Below, one piece after another: positions 57,651 to 64,000 of a DNA stretch of 64,000 nt. Location: NCBI RefSeq assembly GCF_009914755.1, contig NC_060929.1; one strand, 5' to 3'. Source of the DNA: the human T2T-CHM13v2.0 reference genome, Homo sapiens. The position numbers and the translations under genes are program-made. The notes beneath the pieces are model-generated. The model had not been told where the DNA came from. It searched no databases and saw only the letters and a list, made by a program, of their open reading frames with translations. Numbering within the stretch: position 1 is the first letter of the stretch; each line of letters opens with the position of its first letter.

Positions 57651-58203
57651 GTTCCACAGTAACCAACTATACCCCTGCCACATGGGGAAGAGAGATTGTA
57701 ATTATACCATGAGGTTCCCTGGTGGGCTTAAAAGTAAATATTAGAGAAAGAGATTTTTTTGCTCAATATGATCTGGACAACATGAAATAGTTTGCCCTAT
57801 GAAGTGATGATTGCCCTGCCTTTGTGAGAGTACAAACTGGAGTAGTGACTTCGTTCAACGAGGCCAGGAACGGGGAGGGGTTGTTGCGCATTGAGTGGAA
57901 GAGGGATGCAGGACCTTCCTTTGCAATTCTGACATTGTATGAGTTGAATCCATTCTTCTATTGGGCCAGTCTATTATTCATTCAACAAACATCATTTCAA
58001 GTGTCAGCACTATGCTAGAACTGAATGTGAATACACATGTAAAGAGACCATATGGATATCCCTCACTTATGAGTGTGGCAGGAGTAGACTTAAATAACTC
58101 CAACAAAGGAGCTAGCATAAACTGAATGCTTATTATATGCAAGCCACTGTTGCTAGGTGCGCTACACAAATTATATATTTGTTATAGAAGTATAATGTAC
58201 ATA

Positions 58204-58548
58204 CAGTAATGTCCCCTTATGTGTGGTTTTACTCTTTGCAGTTTCAGTTACCTGAGGTCAACCTTGGTCTGAAATTAGGTGAGTACAGTACAATAAGATA
58301 TTTTGAGAGAGAGAAAAAGGAGACCCCATATTTGCATAACTTTTACTACATTATATTGTGATAATTGTTCTATTTTATTATTAGATATTGTTAATCTCTT
58401 AGTATGCATAGTTTATAAATTAAATTTTATTGTAGGTATGTATGTATAGGATAAAATATAGTATTTATAGGGTTTGGTAATATCCAAAGATTCAGGCTTC
58501 CACTGGGGGTCTTGGAATGTATCTGTTGTGGATAAGAGGGGACTACTG
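58204..58548. mobile_element. MER44A-type (Tigger family) MITE
   Basis: TIRs cagtaatgtccccttat ... ggataagaggggactactg with TA on both sides; 'aggtgagtacagtacaataagatattttgagag'. Confidence 0.9.
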
Positions 58549-59480
58549 TATAGTGAAATGCCCAAATCTTACATTAAAATTTGTTAAGTTTTGATATTTG
58601 ACCCACGTTTTGATAAGTTAAATCCTGCCCATGTAACCACCATCCCAATCAAGATATAGGACATTTTCATCACTCCAGAAAGTTTCTATGTGTCCCATTC
58701 CCTAGAGGCAATCTCTGCTTTGTTTTCTAGTACCACACATTAGTTTTGCCTGTGCAAAGACAAATATGTGAAATTAAACAATGCATTCATATTTGAGTCT
58801 GGTTTCATTTATTTAGCATGCTTTTAACATCATATGTATTATTGTAGGTTTTAGTGGCTTTTTTCTTATTACTGAGCAATATTCTGTGTATGTACCACAA
58901 TTTCTTTGCCCATTCACCTATTGGTAGATAGCTGTTTCTAGTTTTTGAGTCTTACAAATAAAGTTGCTTTGCACATTTTTTGTACAAGTCTTTTTGTTGA
59001 TATGGGTTTTTTTTTTCCTGCTGAGTCATGAGGTAGGTTTATATTTAACTTTATAAAAAAAAAACTACCAAATAGTTTCAGTAGTGATTGGGCCATTTCA
59101 TACTTCCTCCAGCAATACATGTAAGTTCAAGTTGGTCCACTGCCTTGCTAATATTTGGCGTTGTTGGTATTTTTTTAGCCATTCTAATAGGTATGTAGTG
59201 GTATCTCAATATTTTTTTCTTTTTAAAAATTATGTCTTAAATTTATGTATAGTAAAGTTGACTTTTTATTGATGTATAGTTCTACGAGTTTTAACTATGT
59301 CTAGATTTGTATAACCACCTGCCACTACCACAATCAGGATATTGAATTATTCTATCACCTGAAAAAATGTTCTCATGCCACCCTTTTATAGTCAAGCCCT
59401 CCTCTCGATACAACCCTGGAAATTACTGATATATTTTTCTCTCCTTATAGTTTTGCTATTTCTGGAATATCATATAAATG

Positions 59481-59715
59481 GTCAGGTTCTGGTGAGGTCC
59501 CTCTTCGGGGTTGCAAACAGCTGACTTCTACTTGTGTCTTCACATGGTGGAAAGAGGGCAAGAGAGCTCTCTGGGGTTCTTTTTATAAGGGCACTAATTC
59601 CATTCTGGAGGGCTCCACCCTCATCAGTAGGAGGCCCCACCTACTAATACAATCATATTGGGGGTTAGGCTTTCAACATATGAATTTTGAGCAGATACGC
59701 ATTCAGTTCATTGCA
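59481..59715 (-). mobile_element. Partial MLT1A-type LTR
   Basis: 'ttttataagggcactaattccatt...gagggctccaccctcat...ttcaacatatgaatttt...cattcagttcattgca'. Confidence 0.85.
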
Positions 59716-59848
59716 TATAGCAGTGTGTGTGTGTGTGTGTATGATACAGTGTATGTTTAACATTATAAAATGCTGCCAAATTGTTTTGCAAACTGGTTGT
59801 ATCATTTTTCATTCTCACTAGTACTCTATGAGAGTTATAGTTGTTCTG

Positions 59849-60305
59849 TGTTGTGGGTTAAATGTGTCCCCTCCAAAGGATATACTGAAGTCCTAACCCC
59901 TGGCACTTGTGAACGTGACCATGTTTTGGAGTAGAGTCTACAAGTATACTCAAGTTAAGACGAGGTCTTACTGGTATAGAGTGGCTTTTTAATCCAACAA
60001 TAGGTGTCCTTATAAGGAGAGAAATTTGGAGATACAAAAATAGAAGGAAAACAGCTGTGTGAAGATAGAGGTAGGAATCAGAGTGATGCTGCTACAAGCC
60101 AAGGAATACCAACAATTGCCAGCAATGATCAGGAATTAGGAGGAGGCAAGAAAGAATTTTTCCTAAGAAACTTCAGAGGAGGTGTGTTTCTGCTGATACC
60201 TTGATTTTGAACTTCTCACCTCCAGACTGTGAGAAAACAAATTTCTGTGTTTTAAACCACCAAGTTTGTGATAATTTGTTATGGTAGCCCTAGGAAATGA
60301 ATACA
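59849..60305 (+). mobile_element. MLT1C-like solo LTR
   Basis: tgttgtgggttaaatgtgtcccc ... gccctaggaaatgaataca; degenerate TSD ttctg/ctcta. Confidence 0.9.
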
Positions 60306-60584
60306 CTCTACATCTTCTCCAGCACCTGTTTCTTTTTCTTTTCCCTTTTTGGGAGAGGGTTTCATTCTAATAGATGTGTATAGAATCTTACTGTAGTTTT
60401 AATTTTCATTTTTCTAATGACTAATGATGTTGAGCATATTTTCATATATTTGCCATTCGTATTCCTTAGTGAAATGTCTGTTCAAGTCTTTGCCCATTTT
60501 TTAAAAAATTGGGTTGTTTACTTTTATGTAGGTTTTGACATTTCTTTACATATGCTGAATAAAAGTCCTCAGTCAGATATAGTT

Positions 60585-60904
60585 GTGTGTGTTTTTTTGT
60601 TTTGTTTTGTTTTGTTTTTGAGACAGAGTCTTGCTTTGCTGCCAGGCTGGAGTGCAGTGGCACAATCTTGGCTCACGGCAACCTCTGCCTCCTGGGTTCA
60701 AGTGATTCTCCTGCCTCAGTCTCCTGAGTAGCTGGGACTACAGGCATGTGCCACCGTGCCTACCTAATTTTTTTTTTTGTATTTTTAGTAGAGATGGGGT
60801 TTCACCATGTTGGCCAGGCTGGTCTGGAACTCTTGACCTCGTGCTCCTCCTGCCTTGGCCTCGCAAAGTGCTGGGATTACAGGTGTGACCCACTGCGCCT
60901 GACC
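60585..60904 (-). mobile_element. AluS (AluSc/Sx3-like)
   Basis: Full dimer with (TTTTG)n tail; TSD agatatagtt at 60575-60584 / 60905-60914. Confidence 0.96.
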
Positions 60905-61209
60905 AGATATAGTTTTTTGCAAATATTTCTCCCAGTCTGTGGTTGGCCTTTTTAGCCTCATAACATTGTCTTTTGCAGGGGAAGTGTTGAATTTTGATGA
61001 GGTCTAACATCAATATTTTCTTTTGTGAATCATGCTTTTCATATTGTATTTATAAAATCTTTGCCTGGCTTATACCACAAAAACATTCTCCTATAGTAGA
61101 GTTTAAAATTTAAGTCTATAACTGATCAATTATCTTTTAAGGAAACTAGAAGATAAACATCTAGGTATAGTTTTTACTCATGTAGTTACCGTTTCTGGCA
61201 TTCTGTTTT

Positions 61210-63353
61210 CTGTAGCACGTGATGCTATTTGATAGCATTTTACCCACAGTAGAACTTTCAAAATTAGAGTCAGCCTAAGATAAATTATTAGAGGGAATTT
61301 TTTAAAAAGGGAAAAATATTAGAGCCAGTTTTCTCAAACCCTGCTGTTTCTTTATCTAAAATTTTCTAATTTTTAGAGTCTAATTTAACTGGCTCAAATT
61401 TTTTTCTTGTTATTTCCACTCACTGAATTAGAATTTTAAATTTCCTTTAAAATATAAAAATATATGACATTCCAAATACTTAATTGTCATTTCAACAATG
61501 TCCACAGCATCTTCACCAGGAGTAGACTCCATCTCAAGAAACTTTCTTTGCTCATCCCTAAGAAGCAACTTCTCTGTTCAAGTTTTCTCATGAAATTGCA
61601 GCAATTTAGTCACATCTTTAGGCTCTACTTCTAATTCTAGTTATCTTGCTATTCCACCCCACCTGCAGTTATTTCCTCCACTAGAGTCTTGAACCCTTCA
61701 AAGTTACCCATGATGGTAGGAATTAACTTCTTCCAATTACCTGTTAATTTTGATATTTTGACCTTCTCCTATGAATCACAAATGCTCTTAATGGCATTTA
61801 GAATGGTGAATCCTTTCAAGAAGGATTTCAATTTACATTGCCCAGATCTAACAGAGGAATCCTTACCTGTGGCAGCAATGACCTTGTGAAATATATTTCT
61901 AAAATAATAAGACTTGGAGGTCAAAACTATTCCTTGATACATGAGTTCCCAAATGAATGTTGTGGAAACATAAAACATAAAAGCAACATTATTCGTTCTG
62001 TACATCTCTATCAGAGCTCTTGGGTGAGTAGACACATTATCAATAAGCAGTTGTATTTTAAAGAAATCCTTTTTTATGAAAAGTAGGTCTCAACAGTGAG
62101 CTTAAAATATTCAGTAAACCATGCTGTAAACAGATGTGCCATTGTCTTTTGTTGTTCCATTTCTAGAGCACAGGCAGAGTAGCCTTAGCATAATTCTTAA
62201 GGGCTCTAGGATTTTTAGAATGGTAAATGAACATTGGTTTCAACTTCAAGTCACCAGCTGCATTATCTCCTAAAAAGAGAGTCAGCCTGTCCTTTGAAAC
62301 TTTGAAGCCAGGCATTGACTTCTCCTCTCCAGCTGTGAAAGTCTTAGTTGGCGTCTTCTTCCAATAGAAGGCTATTTTGTCTCCATTAAAAATCTGTTGT
62401 TCTGTGTAGCCACCTTTGGCAATGATCGAATGAACTTAGTTAGATTTTCTGGATAACTTGCTGCAGCTTCCCCATGAGCAACTGCTGCATCACTTTGCAC
62501 TTTTATATTATGGAGATCGCTTCTTCCCTTAAACTTCATGAACCAACCTGTGCTAGCCTCCAACTTTTCTTCTGCAGCTTCCTCACATCTATCAGCCTTC
62601 ATAGAACTGAAGAGAGTTAGGGCCTTACTTTGGATTAGATTTTGGCTTAAGGGGATATTGTGGCTGGTTTGATCTGTCCAGATCACTAAAACTTTCTTTA
62701 TATCAGCAACAAGGGTGTTTAGATTCCTTATTATTCATGTGTTTCCTGGATTAACATTTTTAATTTCCTTCAAAATTTTTCCTTTGCATTCACAACTAGG
62801 CTGCTTGGTGCAGGAGACCTAGTTTTTGGCCTGTCTTGGCTTTCAACCTGCCTTCTGACTAAGCTTAATTATTTATAACTTTTGGTTTAAAGTGAGAGAC
62901 ATGTAACTCTTCCTTTCACTTGAAGAAATAGAGGACATTGTAGAGTTATTAATTGGCCAATATTGATGTGTCTTATGGAATAGGAAGGCCCCAGAAGAGG
63001 GAGGGAGATGGAGGAACAGCCAGTTGGTGAAGTAGTTAGAGCACACACAACAATCATCAATTAAGTTTACTGTCTTATTTGGGTGTGGCTCATGACACCT
63101 CAAAACAATTGCAATAGTTACCATCAAAAATCACTGTTCACAGATCACCATAACAAAGATAACAATAATGGAAAAGTTTGAAATGTGAGAATTACCAAAA
63201 TGTGACACGCTAACACCAAATGAGCACATGCTGCTAGAAAAATGGCACCACTAGACTTGCTCCATGTAGGGTTGCTAGAAACCTTTAATTTGTAAAAAGC
63301 ACAATTATCTTGAAGTGCAATAAAGTGAAGCACAAAAAAATGAGTTATGCTTG
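61210..63353 (-). mobile_element. Tigger1 DNA transposon with decayed transposase; 5' TIR present, 3' end missing
   Basis: Minus-strand frame 62372-62686 gives [22 protein letters not shown]...[19 protein letters not shown] (Tigger1/TIGD1-like); TIR '...atgagttatgcttg' followed by TA at 63354. Confidence 0.93.
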
Positions 63354-64000
63354 TACCTGCCTTTTTTCCTTGAAGATAGGTTACATTTTTCTCTTTCTTC
63401 TCTTATCTAGTGATATTAGATATTATAGATGATACATTAAAGACACGTATATTTATAAAAACTTCTCCTCTATCAGATTTATTCTTACAGATAGTTAAGT
63501 GACTGGGTGAAAAACTAAAGAACTTGTGAAGGCTAGATTTTACACTCTTCTCAGGTATATATATTTCTGTATTGTTTTTAGTCCTAGGAAGAATCCCTTA
63601 ATCCTGAGAAGTTGTGTTTACTTCGTGCCATAGCCCTTCTGGAGTATTAATGGAAAGCTCAAGGCATTTTTCAAGCTTTTCTAGCATTGCATGATTAAAC
63701 CCCCAAATGCTGTCTTCTCTGAAGAGGGCAGCAACTGAAATCTCAGTTTAGGCCTTTAGATTCCACTGTGGATTTCTGCTGGGTTCTTTGAGTCTCTCCC
63801 TCACAAGACCTATTCAGGAGTGGGCCAAAGATTTGAGAGGTGTTTACACTCTAGTTTTTGTGCTTACCGCCCACAGCATCCCTCTTTCCTGAATTTTCTC
63901 TGTCGATTTTCAGCCATACTGATGGCACTTAATTTTTTTTGACATCTTTAGCATATAAAACTGTGACTTTCTGCTTGACTTCTATTTAATCTGCAACATA

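Larger units (their letters stand above)
58175..61120 (-). mobile_element. Old L1 (L1MC/L1ME-type) 3' fragments hosting MER44A, MLT1A, MLT1C and an Alu
   Basis: 'catgtaaccaccatcccaatcaagatataggacatttt', 'tgctgccaaattgttttgcaaac', 'ctaatgactaatgatgttgagcatattttcat'; at least two separate L1 copies. Confidence 0.75.

Noticed and set aside
61769-63333. Domesticated TIGD1-like gene
   Set aside because: The transposase frame is broken into short pieces; an ordinary decayed Tigger1.

Overview
Repeat-rich, non-coding hominoid (most likely human) intronic or intergenic DNA. I can support no host protein-coding exon, RNA gene or CRISPR array, and nearly all ORF-track entries are chance or repeat-derived frames. 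The main element is a full-length L1PA2-type LINE-1 (34269-40314, +, 17-bp TSD). Its ORF1 and ORF2 are disrupted, but its antisense ORF0 and YY1 site are intact. The window also holds a complete MaLR (THE1D/MSTA-like) provirus, a large Tigger1 remnant, six Alus, several DNA-transposon MITEs (Tigger2a, Tigger3a, MER44A, MER20, MER33, MADE1), solo LTRs and many old L1/L2/MIR fragments, often nested. Three things are not explained by ordinary repeat annotation: two short non-tandem local duplications (66 bp at 95%, 183 bp at 88%, copies 1.7-1.9 kb apart) that look like templated insertions, a candidate orphan L1 3' transduction (29852-30053), and two discordant LTRs on one provirus. I found no convincing new biological system. 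Subfamily names come from recalled consensus motifs, not a database search.
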